The translations under genes and the position numbers were made by a program. From Rhodospirillaceae bacterium (GTDB taxonomy: Bacteria; Pseudomonadota; Alphaproteobacteria; UBA828): 64,000 nt of DNA. The notes beneath the pieces are model-generated. The model was not told the DNA's origin and did not search any database. It worked only from the letters and a program-made list of their open reading frames with translations. The stretch covers positions 12,889 through 76,888 of the forward strand of contig JABIXB010000205.1 in the NCBI GenBank assembly GCA_018666805.1, read 5' to 3'. Below are positions 1 to 9,438 of this stretch, piece by piece; position 1 is the first letter of the stretch; each line of letters begins with the position of its first letter.

Positions 1-639
1 AAACACGAATATGACCAGAAAGGCCGCGTCGGATTTGGCGGCGCATGGCGGATCGCCGACGGCGATGCCGGCGCCCACGCGCTTTCGCTGAATTCATATT
101 TTATTGAAAGCCCGCTCCTGAATGTTTCGACCTGGCAAAATCCGGATCAAACCGCACCGGCGGAGGCGCGTGAAATTCACAGCCTGCGCCATCTCTCGGC
201 CGCGCTCGATGGCGAGACAGCGCCGCCCCTGCCAAACTTCTCCTACCATCTCGCGACACGCTATCAAATTTCGGGCGAAGAGAGCGAGATGAACGAGTTT
301 GGCTATGTCGTTGCACTGCACAGCGAAATCAAACTGGCGGACGGCACAAGCCTGGACCCGCTAGTGGAATACGCCTATTTCGACAATGACGGCGCGGTGA
401 GCCTGCAACGGCAATATCTCACCTTTGGCGTGGCCGGCGATCGTGGCCCGTGGAATCTGACATTGACCTATAGCGGCCGGGATTCGATGCTAGACGATCC
501 GGCGCTGGAAACCGACAGGCAGCGCCTGCGTCAATTAATGCTGCGCTATGCCTTTGAGGACGGCTCGACCCTCGATTTTGGCCATCGCCGCGACACCGCT
601 TCAAAGACTTTGAATGTGCGCTTTGCCATTCCCCTCTAA
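1..639 (+). CDS. Hypothetical beta-strand-rich protein, C-terminal part (possible outer-membrane barrel); the 5' end lies outside the window
   Basis: Frame 1 is open from base 1 to the stop at 639, so the track ORF at 289..639 is only its tail. The sequence alternates hydrophobic and polar residues and is rich in Y, G and D (e.g. TYSGRDS, LDFGHRRD, LNVRFAIPL). No family recognised. Confidence 0.4.
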   Translation, partial: KHEYDQKGRVGFGGAWRIADGDAGAHALSLNSYFIESPLLNVSTWQNPDQTAPAEAREIHSLRHLSAALDGETAPPLPNFSYHLATRYQISGEESEMNEFGYVVALHSEIKLADGTSLDPLVEYAYFDNDGAVSLQRQYLTFGVAGDRGPWNLTLTYSGRDSMLDDPALETDRQRLRQLMLRYAFEDGSTLDFGHRRDTASKTLNVRFAIPL

Positions 640-663
640 CAACGCCGCCCGCGCGCGCCCGGT

Positions 664-1008
664 TTACCGCTCAAATACAATATCCTCGCCATCGATTGAA
701 ACGCGCAGCGCGCGCAGCCAATCACCGGCGCAAGGGCCGGCCAGGCACTGCCCGGTCTCAACGCGAAACAGCGCACCGTGGGTGGCACATAGAATATGCC
801 CACTTTCCTTGTCGATGAAGCGGTCCGGCGTCCAGTCGAGCGGCCCACCGGTATGCGGACAACTATTTTCGTAGGCGTAGATCCGTTCGCCCTTGCGGGC
901 GACAAAAAACTCAAACGCCTCCGGCCCTTCGCCGATCTCAAAGCCCTTGCTGGCACCGTCGGGAATATCCGCGAGGCGGCAGAGGACCGTCGCATCGCCG
1001 CCGGTCAC
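664..1008 (-). CDS. Rieske (2Fe-2S) domain protein
   Basis: CPHTGGPL and CATHGALF motifs give the two Cys-X-His Rieske boxes. Length is 114 aa. Confidence 0.8.
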   Translation of the reverse strand: MTGGDATVLCRLADIPDGASKGFEIGEGPEAFEFFVARKGERIYAYENSCPHTGGPLDWTPDRFIDKESGHILCATHGALFRVETGQCLAGPCAGDWLRALRVSIDGEDIVFER

Positions 1009-1316
1009 GCCTTGATCCCGGCCCGCGTCACGAGAGTCTTAACCGGCATCAAGGCCTCAACATCGACCATGCCGAAGATATTTTTCGCATCCGTATGATC
1101 CGGGTAATGCTCTTTCACCACTTCGACCACGCCGACGATCTGTTTCTCATTGACCGAGTGATAGAAGAACCCGCGGTCGCCGATTTTCATCGCTTTCATA
1201 TTATTGTTGGCTTGGTGATTACGCACGCCATCCCACTCGCAAGCGCCTTCCTTCACCTGGTCGTCCCACGACCACGCCCCCGGCTCACTCTTAAAAAGCC
1301 AATACGCCATACGCAT
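1005..1316 (-). CDS. EVE (PUA-like) domain protein
   Basis: N-terminal MAYWLFKSEP plus FFYHS..VVGVVEV are typical of EVE-domain proteins. The gene overlaps the Rieske gene by 4 bp, suggesting coupling. Confidence 0.7.
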   Translation of the reverse strand: MRMAYWLFKSEPGAWSWDDQVKEGACEWDGVRNHQANNNMKAMKIGDRGFFYHSVNEKQIVGVVEVVKEHYPDHTDAKNIFGMVDVEALMPVKTLVTRAGIKA

Positions 1317-1393
1317 TCCTCCCCGCTGCTGACTGCTCGATTAATCGCGCGTGCGCACTTTAGCCGCGCCGGGCACGGTGCACCACTGCTCGC

Positions 1394-2392
1394 TTAAAAT
1401 TCGGGACGGAAGGGACGGGAGAGCAGCGCGGCAATGGTCTCGCCGATATCAGCACCCTGATGCAACACCGCGTCCACGGCCTCGGTGATGGGTAAATCGA
1501 CGCTCAAATTCTTACCCAGTGCAACAATAGCGGGGGCGCTGGTCACGCCTTCGGCAACACTGTCGCGCGCACCAAGAATATCGGCCAGCGACTCGCCCTG
1601 GCCCAACGCCACGCCGAGCGAGAAATTACGCGATTGCGAACTCGAGCAGGTTAGCACCAAATCGCCCAGACCGGAGAGTCCGGCCAGGGTTTCGAGCCGC
1701 GCTCCTTTGGCCCGCGCAAGGCGCACCATTTCGGCGAAGCCCCGGGTCATGATGGCGGCGCGCGCATTTTCGCCGAGCCCCCGGCCAATGGCGATACCGG
1801 CGGCAATGGCCATGACATTCTTCAGCGCCCCGCCGATTTGCGCGCCGATCATGTCATCGGAGAGGTAGGGCCGGAAGGTCGCCCCGCCGAGCGCCGCCGC
1901 TATCGCCTCGCCGAGAGCGTTATCCGCGACAGCCAGTGTCACGGCGCTGGGCAAACCGCGCGCCACTTCAGCAGCGAAGGTCGGGCCGGAGAGAACGGCC
2001 AGAGGCCTGTCGCTCACCACCTCGCGCACCACCTCGCTCATCAAAGCGCCGCTTTTCAGCTCAACGCCTTTGGCGCAAATAACCAATGGCGCGGCGCCCT
2101 TTAATTCGCCGGTGAAATCTGCTGCCGCCGCTCGCAGGTGCTGGGCCGGTGTGGCCAGGAGAATGAGATCGGCCGAACCGAGCACCGCCATATCACCGCT
2201 CGCGGTTATGGCGGCATCGAGCGCAATGCCGGGCAGGAAGCGCGCATTCTCGCGCGCATCGTTGATCGAGACCACGACATCTTCCTCGCGCGCCCAGAGG
2301 GTAACGCTGCGCCCGGCCCGCGCCGCCGCCGCCGCCAGCGCCGTGCCCCAGGCGCCGGCGCCAACAATGCCGATGTGCTCGATTGAAGTCAT
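1394..2392 (-). CDS. gpsA: NAD(P)H-dependent glycerol-3-phosphate dehydrogenase
   Basis: GIVGAGAWGTALA Rossmann motif, GPTFAAEVA and KNVMAIAAGI motifs; 332 aa. Confidence 0.9.
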   Translation of the reverse strand: MTSIEHIGIVGAGAWGTALAAAAARAGRSVTLWAREEDVVVSINDARENARFLPGIALDAAITASGDMAVLGSADLILLATPAQHLRAAAADFTGELKGAAPLVICAKGVELKSGALMSEVVREVVSDRPLAVLSGPTFAAEVARGLPSAVTLAVADNALGEAIAAALGGATFRPYLSDDMIGAQIGGALKNVMAIAAGIAIGRGLGENARAAIMTRGFAEMVRLARAKGARLETLAGLSGLGDLVLTCSSSQSRNFSLGVALGQGESLADILGARDSVAEGVTSAPAIVALGKNLSVDLPITEAVDAVLHQGADIGETIAALLSRPFRPEF

Positions 2393-2496
2393 ATTGGAGT
2401 GAACTATGCCCGGCTAAAGCCGCCTCCCGCAAACGCTAAAAACCCTCTCCCGGACGGGAGAGGGCTGGGGAGGGGGCGAAGCAAAGCGCGCCAGCG

Positions 2497-4053
2497 CTAC
2501 CTTTCGATTGTCCGGCACACATGCCCATGCGCGCGCAGCGTGGCGCAAAGGGTGCGCGATTTTAACGGTGTATCGAGGGGACCAACAATCAGCTCAACAT
2601 ATTTACCCGTATCCTCGCCGTCCGCCGCAGCCGCTTCAATGGGTTGAAATTCGAACGGCAATTTGCGCAGCAGGCCGGCATGGGTCGTACTTATAATTTG
2701 CCATGCCTCCAGCGCCGCCGCCTCGCTCTCATAGGTCGCCAGGCTGATGAGGAAGATTTCCGGCTCCGGCGGCAGGGGGGGAAGAATATCCTCATCTGCA
2801 TCTGTTGTATCTGGCGCCAGTTCCGCATCAAATGCCGTTGCTTCCGCATCAAGTGCTGCATCGAGGCGTGCGACCTTATTTTCAGCGACTTGCTCAGCCT
2901 GCTCAACCGCCGGCGCCTCAACCGGCGGAGCGGCCTCAACTTCGACCGCTTCATTAGGGCCGGCAACCTTCGTTTCCGTAACCACCTCAGCTTGCTCAAC
3001 TATCGGCGCTTCAGCCGGCGCTGCCTCTTCATCGAGCAAATCCTCGACCAGAAGGATGGTTCGCTCCGGTTCGGGCTGAGCAGCAATTAACAAACCCTGT
3101 TCTTCACCGCCTTCGGACGATGCAGTTTCGCCGCCGGGAGATTGCAGCTGCACCGCCGGCAAATCCTCGGGCGGCGGCACGCGGGCAGGTGGGCGGGGTT
3201 TGGGCTGAGACGGCAGGGGTTTGAGACTGTCCTCCACATCAACGGCACCCATCGGAACATTGCCGGGCGGCTCATCCGACCCGGGAACATGGGCCGGTTC
3301 GGGCGGTGTCAGTGCGATCGAGGCGAGCGGAAAATTTTCGCCGCGCCGGGCGATCGGTTCGGGTCCATCGAATATCGTCGCTGGCGGCGGCGCCTCGGGC
3401 GCGTCATCCAGGGCAGCGAGATCGATCTCGATTGCCGGCTCTTCTTTTTTGCCGGCAACGAATTCCGCCCGGCGCTCGCCAAGCGGCGTGGCGGGAATGT
3501 TGAGGCTCGGATTGGCCAGCGCCACACTCTCCCGCCCGGTGGCAAAGGTCGCTTCCGCCGGAAAACTCTCATCCTCGGCCCAGCTTGCCGAAGCCTGGCT
3601 GTAGAGCGCTTCCGCCTCGGCAAAATCCCGCTCGACGCCGAGGCCGCGGTCATAAAGATAGGCGAGCGCGGCCTGCGCCGATTCATTGCCCTTGTCCGAA
3701 GCGCGCTGATACCATTTGGCGGCCTCGCCATAGTCAAGCGCAATGCCTTCGCCGCGCTCATAGAGGGACCCGATATGGAATTCCGCCAGAGCATCGCCTT
3801 GTTCAGCCGCGCGGCGGTACCACACAAGAGCCAAGGCCGGATCGCGGGCGATGCCGATGCCGCGTTCATAGAGCAGGCCAAGTGCGGTTTGCGCGGTTGA
3901 ATCGCCTTCCGCCGCCATGATAAATACCCGGTCCGCGCGCGAGCCGCGCTCGGCCTCTGGGCCGGTGGCGCCACAGGCGGCGGCAATGGTGAGAACACCA
4001 GCCAACAGCGCGCCGCGTGCAACGCGAAAGATCATCATATTTGGCTTCGGCAC
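2497..4053 (-). CDS. Secreted Sel1-repeat protein with a Pro/Glu/Ala-rich linker and a C-terminal SPOR (septal peptidoglycan-binding) domain
   Basis: N-terminal signal or lipoprotein-like segment (LTIAAACG). Three Sel1-like repeats follow (LGLLYERGIGIARD, WYRRAAEQGD, LYDRGLGVERD). A long low-complexity PEPA linker leads to a C-terminus with the SPOR-like pattern YVELIVGPL...C..L...G..C. Confidence 0.65.
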   Translation of the reverse strand: MPKPNMMIFRVARGALLAGVLTIAAACGATGPEAERGSRADRVFIMAAEGDSTAQTALGLLYERGIGIARDPALALVWYRRAAEQGDALAEFHIGSLYERGEGIALDYGEAAKWYQRASDKGNESAQAALAYLYDRGLGVERDFAEAEALYSQASASWAEDESFPAEATFATGRESVALANPSLNIPATPLGERRAEFVAGKKEEPAIEIDLAALDDAPEAPPPATIFDGPEPIARRGENFPLASIALTPPEPAHVPGSDEPPGNVPMGAVDVEDSLKPLPSQPKPRPPARVPPPEDLPAVQLQSPGGETASSEGGEEQGLLIAAQPEPERTILLVEDLLDEEAAPAEAPIVEQAEVVTETKVAGPNEAVEVEAAPPVEAPAVEQAEQVAENKVARLDAALDAEATAFDAELAPDTTDADEDILPPLPPEPEIFLISLATYESEAAALEAWQIISTTHAGLLRKLPFEFQPIEAAAADGEDTGKYVELIVGPLDTPLKSRTLCATLRAHGHVCRTIER

Positions 4054-4149
4054 GCTATTCGACGACCCCCGATTCGGCCCTAAATCTACTGCGTAACGGT
4101 CATTGGCGCCAGTGCCCTAGCACCAACTCACCAGTGCCCTGACACCAAC

Positions 4150-5544
4150 TCAATAACGCTGAATGGCGCGCCGGGACACGAGAGTAAAACGCAGCGCCAA
4201 GCTGGTACAGGATACGAGCGCGCCGGCGAGAAAGCCCCACATCAGGCCGGGCGTGCCCAATTCGGCATGAAAAGCGAGAACGTAAGCAACCGGAACCGCC
4301 ACGCCCCACCACGAAACAAACTGCATAACCGGCGGCAGCCAGACATCCGCCATGCCGCGCAGAGCACCCATCAGCACCGCCTGCCCGCCATCGAAAATCA
4401 GCACGATACCGGCAATAAAAATCAACGGTACGGCAACAAAGATCACAGCCGGATCATCTGTATAGAGCTCCGCCAGCGACGTGCCGAGTGCGAAAAACAG
4501 CACGGTAAAAAAGGCCATAATAATTGTAATCAATGTTAGGGCGGACCAACCGGCGTAACGGATATCGGCCGAATTATGCCGCCCGACTGCATTGCCGACA
4601 CGTATTGTCCCGGCGCCGGCTACCCCGATGGCACACATGAAAACCAGCGCCACCAGATTAAAGGCGATTTGATAGCCGGCGAGCGGAACGGTTCCCAACA
4701 GCCCAGCCAACATGGTCAAAGCGCTGAAAGCGGCGGCCTCAAGACCGCGCGCGGCACCCATGGGAATGCCGATGCGGCGTAGTTTTCGTGCAATCAGCCA
4801 AAAATTCCGAATTGCGCCACCGATTCCCAGTGCCGCCCGATCGGGTAATTTCAACACATAGAGGACGAGCGCAGCAAACATGACCCAGCGCGTAATCGAG
4901 GTTGCCAGCGCGGCGCCTTCGGCGCCCATCTCCGGCGCACCAAGGGCACCATAAATAAAAATGGCGTTGAGCCCGGCATTAAAGAAAATAGCCAAGAGCG
5001 TGAGGACCATACTGGGCAAGGGGCGGCTCAGCCCGTCGAGAAAAAACGACGTGGCGACCCACATGCCGAGGGCCGGCAGACCCCACGAGATCATACGCAG
5101 CACCGCGGCGCCGCCGCTGGCAAGCTCCGCCGATTGCCCGACGGCAACCAAAATGATTTCACCCAGGAAGCAAATTCCCGCCATCGCCAAACCGAGCACC
5201 ACACCGTGCACCAAGCCGACGCGCCAATAGCTGCCGCATTCCTGCTCAGCGCCGGCGCCGTGCGCCTGGGCAACAAGCACCATGGTGCCTTGCAATAGGC
5301 CGACCGTCACCAACACCATGACCACCTGGAGCGCATTGCCAGCGGCGTAATAGGCTAGATTTAGCGTGCCGTAATGACCGATCATGGCGGTATCGACGGC
5401 AACCATGATCAGCAAACCGGCGCGCATGACAATCATCGGCCCGGCCAGGCGGACCGTACGCTTGAGATGGGTGGCGAAATTCATCGTCGGACCGGCGGCT
5501 GTGCCGGTGTCCGGGGAATCGGCGCTAAATTTTCGGGTGGACAT
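4150..5544 (-). CDS. MATE family multidrug and toxin efflux transporter
   Basis: About 12 TM helices with the MATE duplicated-half pattern. The track ORF starts at 5679; the more likely start is MSTRK at 5544 or MNFATH at 5484. Confidence 0.8.
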   Translation of the reverse strand: MSTRKFSADSPDTGTAAGPTMNFATHLKRTVRLAGPMIVMRAGLLIMVAVDTAMIGHYGTLNLAYYAAGNALQVVMVLVTVGLLQGTMVLVAQAHGAGAEQECGSYWRVGLVHGVVLGLAMAGICFLGEIILVAVGQSAELASGGAAVLRMISWGLPALGMWVATSFFLDGLSRPLPSMVLTLLAIFFNAGLNAIFIYGALGAPEMGAEGAALATSITRWVMFAALVLYVLKLPDRAALGIGGAIRNFWLIARKLRRIGIPMGAARGLEAAAFSALTMLAGLLGTVPLAGYQIAFNLVALVFMCAIGVAGAGTIRVGNAVGRHNSADIRYAGWSALTLITIIMAFFTVLFFALGTSLAELYTDDPAVIFVAVPLIFIAGIVLIFDGGQAVLMGALRGMADVWLPPVMQFVSWWGVAVPVAYVLAFHAELGTPGLMWGFLAGALVSCTSLALRFTLVSRRAIQRY

Positions 5545-5559
5545 TGTGCGACAGACTAT

Positions 5560-5736
5560 CCGATGACAGGCGCACGGGAAAGACGGTGGTAATTGGGCCT
5601 GCTGGACAAAAAATGGCCTGAGCTGAATGTACGGCTGGCGCCGGACGCTCTGACCTATTATGATCGCGGTCCGCACCAATTCGATAGATTCGATTGCGCG
5701 GCAGACAGGATCGAACGGGATTCAGGGATTGGAAAC
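5560..5736 (+). promoter_or_regulatory. Candidate cobalamin riboswitch in the cbtB-cbtA leader
   Basis: This is a 190-bp non-coding leader in front of cbtBA, genes usually controlled by a B12 riboswitch. A GGGAAAGACGGTGGTAATTGGGCC segment resembles the conserved AGGGAA..GGTG..AAT.CC core. No clean B12 box could be aligned by eye. Confidence 0.3.
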
Positions 5737-5934
5737 ATGGCACGAGCAGCTCACCTGACGACAAAGGGACAGGCTTCGGGAAATACCGCAATCGGCATTC
5801 GCCAACTGTGGCCGGTTTTTTTCGCCGCGCTGTTGGGCGTCTCCCTTATTTATGGCGTTGGATTGGCCAGCCCTTCAGCCCTGCACAATGCAGCGCATGA
5901 TTCGCGGCATTCGCTCTCCTTCCCCTGCCACTGA
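5737..5934 (+). CDS. cbtB: Cobalt transporter subunit CbtB (small single-TM protein with a His-rich C-terminus)
   Basis: The internal Met of track ORF 5593..5934 starts MARAAHL. One TM helix (WPVFFAALLGVSLIYGV) is followed by HNAAHDSRHSLSFPCH. It sits immediately upstream of cbtA. Confidence 0.55.
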   Translation: MARAAHLTTKGQASGNTAIGIRQLWPVFFAALLGVSLIYGVGLASPSALHNAAHDSRHSLSFPCH

Positions 5935-5956
5935 CCCTTAAACGAACGCCCTGAAG

Positions 5957-6679
5957 ATGGCGTTGCTTGGCCGAATTCTTCTGCCAGCGGTTATTGCGGG
6001 ACTTATTGCCGGCGCCTTTCTGACCGGCCTGCAGCATATTGAGGTCATCCCGCTCATTTATGAGGCGGAGACCTATGAAAATCCGGCGGCGGCAGGCCAT
6101 ACGCATGATTCGGGTGCGGGCGATGCGCATGAAACTGAGAGTCGGACGCCGGACAACGGTCTCGAACGCGCTGCTCTAACCCTACTCGCCAATATCGTCG
6201 CCACCATCGGCTTCGGCCTGTTGCTATCGGTTGCCTTTGTCGTCCTGGCGGCGAAAGGCCGCGCTGTCGCCTGGCGCACCGGTTTGCTGTGGGGACTGGC
6301 CGGGTTCGTCATATTCAATTTCGCCCCGGCGCTCGGCCTGCCACCGGAGCTTCCGGGCAGCGATGCGGCGGCGCTTGAAGGACGCCAGGGCTGGTGGATT
6401 TTGACCGTTCTCCTCACCGCGCTCGGCCTCGGGCTGATCGCCTTCGCCCGGCCGCTTTACCTGCGCGCGCTCGGTGGCGTTGCGCTCATCATCCCCCACC
6501 TTATCGGTGCGCCGGCGCCGGATCATCATGGCGGGCTTGCGCCCGAGGAAATGGCCGAGCGTTTTATCTACGCTTCTCTCGCCACCAGTGCCGCATTTTG
6601 GCTCGCGCTCGGACCGCTTACGGCGTTTCTGCACCAGCGCATCAGCCGCGCCGGGCAAGGCCGAATCTCAGCCACCTGA
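5957..6679 (+). CDS. cbtA: Cobalt transporter subunit CbtA
   Basis: 240-aa polytopic membrane protein with a His-rich loop (AGHTHDSGAGDAHETE) and a HLIGAPAPDHHGG motif typical of CbtA. Confidence 0.7.
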   Translation: MALLGRILLPAVIAGLIAGAFLTGLQHIEVIPLIYEAETYENPAAAGHTHDSGAGDAHETESRTPDNGLERAALTLLANIVATIGFGLLLSVAFVVLAAKGRAVAWRTGLLWGLAGFVIFNFAPALGLPPELPGSDAAALEGRQGWWILTVLLTALGLGLIAFARPLYLRALGGVALIIPHLIGAPAPDHHGGLAPEEMAERFIYASLATSAAFWLALGPLTAFLHQRISRAGQGRISAT

Positions 6680-6873
6680 TAGCGCCATCGCGGGCGCCCA
6701 TCGCGACTTCAGGCGAAACTTGGACCAGCGCTTAAAATTCGCGAATTAATCCATCATGCGTGCTTGAATCGGGCAAGTGATGGGTGTTGAATGACTCCTG
6801 CGCCGCGTTGCCAAACAATCGGCAAATCGGCCTGATATTTCTTTCAGCCGAGCATATAAAAGCACAGGAATTC

Positions 6874-8481
6874 ATGCAGCACCGAGGTCCCTTCGTCAGC
6901 CCGCACGGGTTGGATTCGTTAGGTATTGAGCAGGTTCAAACCGCCTACTGGAATCTAACCACCCCCTCTCTTTACGAAGAATCCATCCGCCGCGGCGAAG
7001 CCCGCGTCGCCAAGGGCGGCCCGCTGGTCGCCATGACCGGCATCCACACCGGACGCTCACCGAACGATAAGTTTTTTACGCGCGAGCCATCGACGGAAAA
7101 CGACATCTGGTGGGGCGATGTCAACCGGCCGATCGATGCCGCGCAATTTGACAGCCTCGAGAGCCGCATCAAGGCCCATCTCGGCGGCAAGGATGTCTTC
7201 GTCCAGGATTGCTTCGCCGGCGCCGACCCGGCCTACCGCCTGCCGATCCGCGTGGTTTCGGAATTTGCCTGGCACAGCCTGTTCGCGCGCAACCTGTTGA
7301 TCACGCCGAGCCTCACCGAGCTCAAGGATCACAAGCCTGAATTCACCATCATCCAGGCGCCCGGCTTCTCGGCTGACCCGGCGAAGGACGGGGTTAATTC
7401 GGAAACCTGCATTTTGGTCAATTTCGCCAAACGGCTGGTCCTCATTGGCGGCACCTCTTACGCCGGCGAATGTAAGAAATCGGTCTTCACCATTCTCAAT
7501 TTCCTGCTGCCGGCACAGGGCGTGCTGCCCATGCATTGCTCGGTCAACACGGGAAAAGGTGGTGATTCGGCGATCTTTTTTGGCCTCTCCGGCACCGGCA
7601 AGACAACCCTTTCCGCCGATCCCGACCGCACCCTGATCGGCGACGATGAGCATGGCTGGTCGGACAATGGCTTGTTCAACTTCGAAGGCGGCTGCTACGC
7701 CAAGATGATCCGCCTCTCGGCCAAGGCGGAGCCCGAGATTCACGCCACAACAAAGATGTTCGGCACCGTGCTTGAGAATGTCGCGATGCATGACGAGACG
7801 CGCGAGCTTGATCTCGACGACGCCACCTTCACCGAAAATACGCGCGGCGCCTATCCGCTGTCCTTCATTCCCAACGCCAGCGCCGACGGCATCACCGGCC
7901 ATCCGGATAATGTCATCATGCTCACGGCGGACGCGTTCGGCGTGCTGCCGCCGATTGCGCGGCTCAGCCCGGAACAGGCGATGTATCATTTTCTCTCGGG
8001 CTATACGGCAAAAGTCGCGGGCACCGAAAAAGGCCTGGGCAAGGAACCGCAAGCCACTTTCTCGACCTGCTTCGGCGCGCCCTTCATGCCGCGCCATCCA
8101 TCCGTCTATGCGGAAATGCTGCGCGACAAGATCGAGCAGACCGGGGCAAAATGCTGGCTCGTCAATACCGGCTGGACCGGTGGCGCCTATGGTGTCGGCG
8201 AACGGATGAAAATATCCCACACCAGGGCGCTGTTGCGCGCCGCGCTCGACGGCTCGCTCAACAAGGTCCAGATGCGACGCGATGCCTGTTTTGGCCTTGA
8301 AGTGCCGGAATCCTGCCCCGGCGTGCCGGATGAGGTGCTCAACCCGCGCGATACCTGGGGCGACAAAAGCGCCTATGACAGCCAGGCCAGCGACTTGGTC
8401 GGACGCTTCCACAATAATTTCACACAATTCGAAACCCATGTCAGTGAAGCGGTTAAGGCGGCCGCACCACACGCCGCCTAA
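6874..8481 (+). CDS. pckA: Phosphoenolpyruvate carboxykinase (ATP)
   Basis: [10 protein letters not shown]-loop, RSPNDKF, and full-length similarity to ATP-dependent PEPCK. The start is placed at MQHRGPF, giving 536 aa. Confidence 0.9.
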   Translation: MQHRGPFVSPHGLDSLGIEQVQTAYWNLTTPSLYEESIRRGEARVAKGGPLVAMTGIHTGRSPNDKFFTREPSTENDIWWGDVNRPIDAAQFDSLESRIKAHLGGKDVFVQDCFAGADPAYRLPIRVVSEFAWHSLFARNLLITPSLTELKDHKPEFTIIQAPGFSADPAKDGVNSETCILVNFAKRLVLIGGTSYAGECKKSVFTILNFLLPAQGVLPMHCSVNTGKGGDSAIFFGLSGTGKTTLSADPDRTLIGDDEHGWSDNGLFNFEGGCYAKMIRLSAKAEPEIHATTKMFGTVLENVAMHDETRELDLDDATFTENTRGAYPLSFIPNASADGITGHPDNVIMLTADAFGVLPPIARLSPEQAMYHFLSGYTAKVAGTEKGLGKEPQATFSTCFGAPFMPRHPSVYAEMLRDKIEQTGAKCWLVNTGWTGGAYGVGERMKISHTRALLRAALDGSLNKVQMRRDACFGLEVPESCPGVPDEVLNPRDTWGDKSAYDSQASDLVGRFHNNFTQFETHVSEAVKAAAPHAA

Positions 8482-8517
8482 CTCCGCACAAAAATTTAGC
8501 CGGGGGGGTAACAGGCA

Positions 8518-9396
8518 ATGATTTCGAGTGACGCACGCTATTCGAAGAAAACCGCAGAGGTGAGCGGCGCCCGCATGGCCTATGTCGAAACCGGCAGCGG
8601 CGATCCGATCGTATTTCTGCACGGCAACCCGACCTCATCTTATTTGTGGCGTAATGTGATACCCCATCTGGAAGGTCTTGGGCGCTGTATCGCACCCGAC
8701 CTGATTGGCATGGGAGATTCGGACAAGTTGCCCGGGTCCGGCCCGGACAGTTATCGTCTGGTCGATCATATCGATTATTTGGACGGACTGCTGGCGGCCC
8801 TCGGCGTGAGCGAAAATGTGCTGTTCGTCGCGCATGATTGGGGCGGCCCACTCGCCTTCGATTGGCTGAGACGGCACAGTGCGGCGGCAAAGGGCATTGC
8901 CTATATGGAAACCATCGTGACGCCGATGAGTTGGGCCGGTTGGCCCGACGCGGCGCGCGACCTGTTCCAGGCGTTCCGCTCGCCAGCCGGCGAGAAAATC
9001 ATTTTGGAAAAAAATACTTTCGTCGAAAAGGTCCTGCCGGGCTCGGTCCTGCGCCAGCTCGACGAAGCGGAGATGGCGGCCTACCGCAAGCCATTTGAAG
9101 AGCCGGGCGAAGGCCGGCGGCCGACCCTCACCTGGCCGCGCCAACTGCCGATGGACGGCGAGCCGGCCGATGTGGTCGAAATCGTCAAGGCCAACGACAC
9201 TTTTATGAGCGCCAGCCAAATGCCGAAATTGCTCATCAATGCAGAGCCCGGCGCTATTCTGAAAGGCCCGCTGCGCGAGCATTGTCTAGCCTGGCCGAAT
9301 ACGCAGGAAGTCACCGTCGCCGGCAATCATTTCATTCAGGAAGATTCGCCGGATGAAATCGGCCAGGCGATCGCAGATTGGTATCGCGGCCTCTAG
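8518..9396 (+). CDS. Haloalkane dehalogenase family alpha/beta-hydrolase (DhaA/DhmA-like)
   Basis: HGNPTSSYLWRNVIPH (halide-stabilising Trp motif), HDWGG nucleophile elbow and C-terminal GNHFIQED catalytic His region. Confidence 0.7.
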   Translation: MISSDARYSKKTAEVSGARMAYVETGSGDPIVFLHGNPTSSYLWRNVIPHLEGLGRCIAPDLIGMGDSDKLPGSGPDSYRLVDHIDYLDGLLAALGVSENVLFVAHDWGGPLAFDWLRRHSAAAKGIAYMETIVTPMSWAGWPDAARDLFQAFRSPAGEKIILEKNTFVEKVLPGSVLRQLDEAEMAAYRKPFEEPGEGRRPTLTWPRQLPMDGEPADVVEIVKANDTFMSASQMPKLLINAEPGAILKGPLREHCLAWPNTQEVTVAGNHFIQEDSPDEIGQAIADWYRGL

Positions 9397-9438
9397 TCCA
9401 CCCTAAATTTACCGACCCCATCATGGAGAATAAAAGTA

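Noticed and set aside
3142-3900. 252-aa plus-strand ORF
   Set aside because: It is antisense to the Sel1-SPOR gene's low-complexity linker.
7057-8622. 521-aa minus-strand ORF
   Set aside because: It is antisense to pckA, whose identity is unambiguous. It is a shadow ORF.
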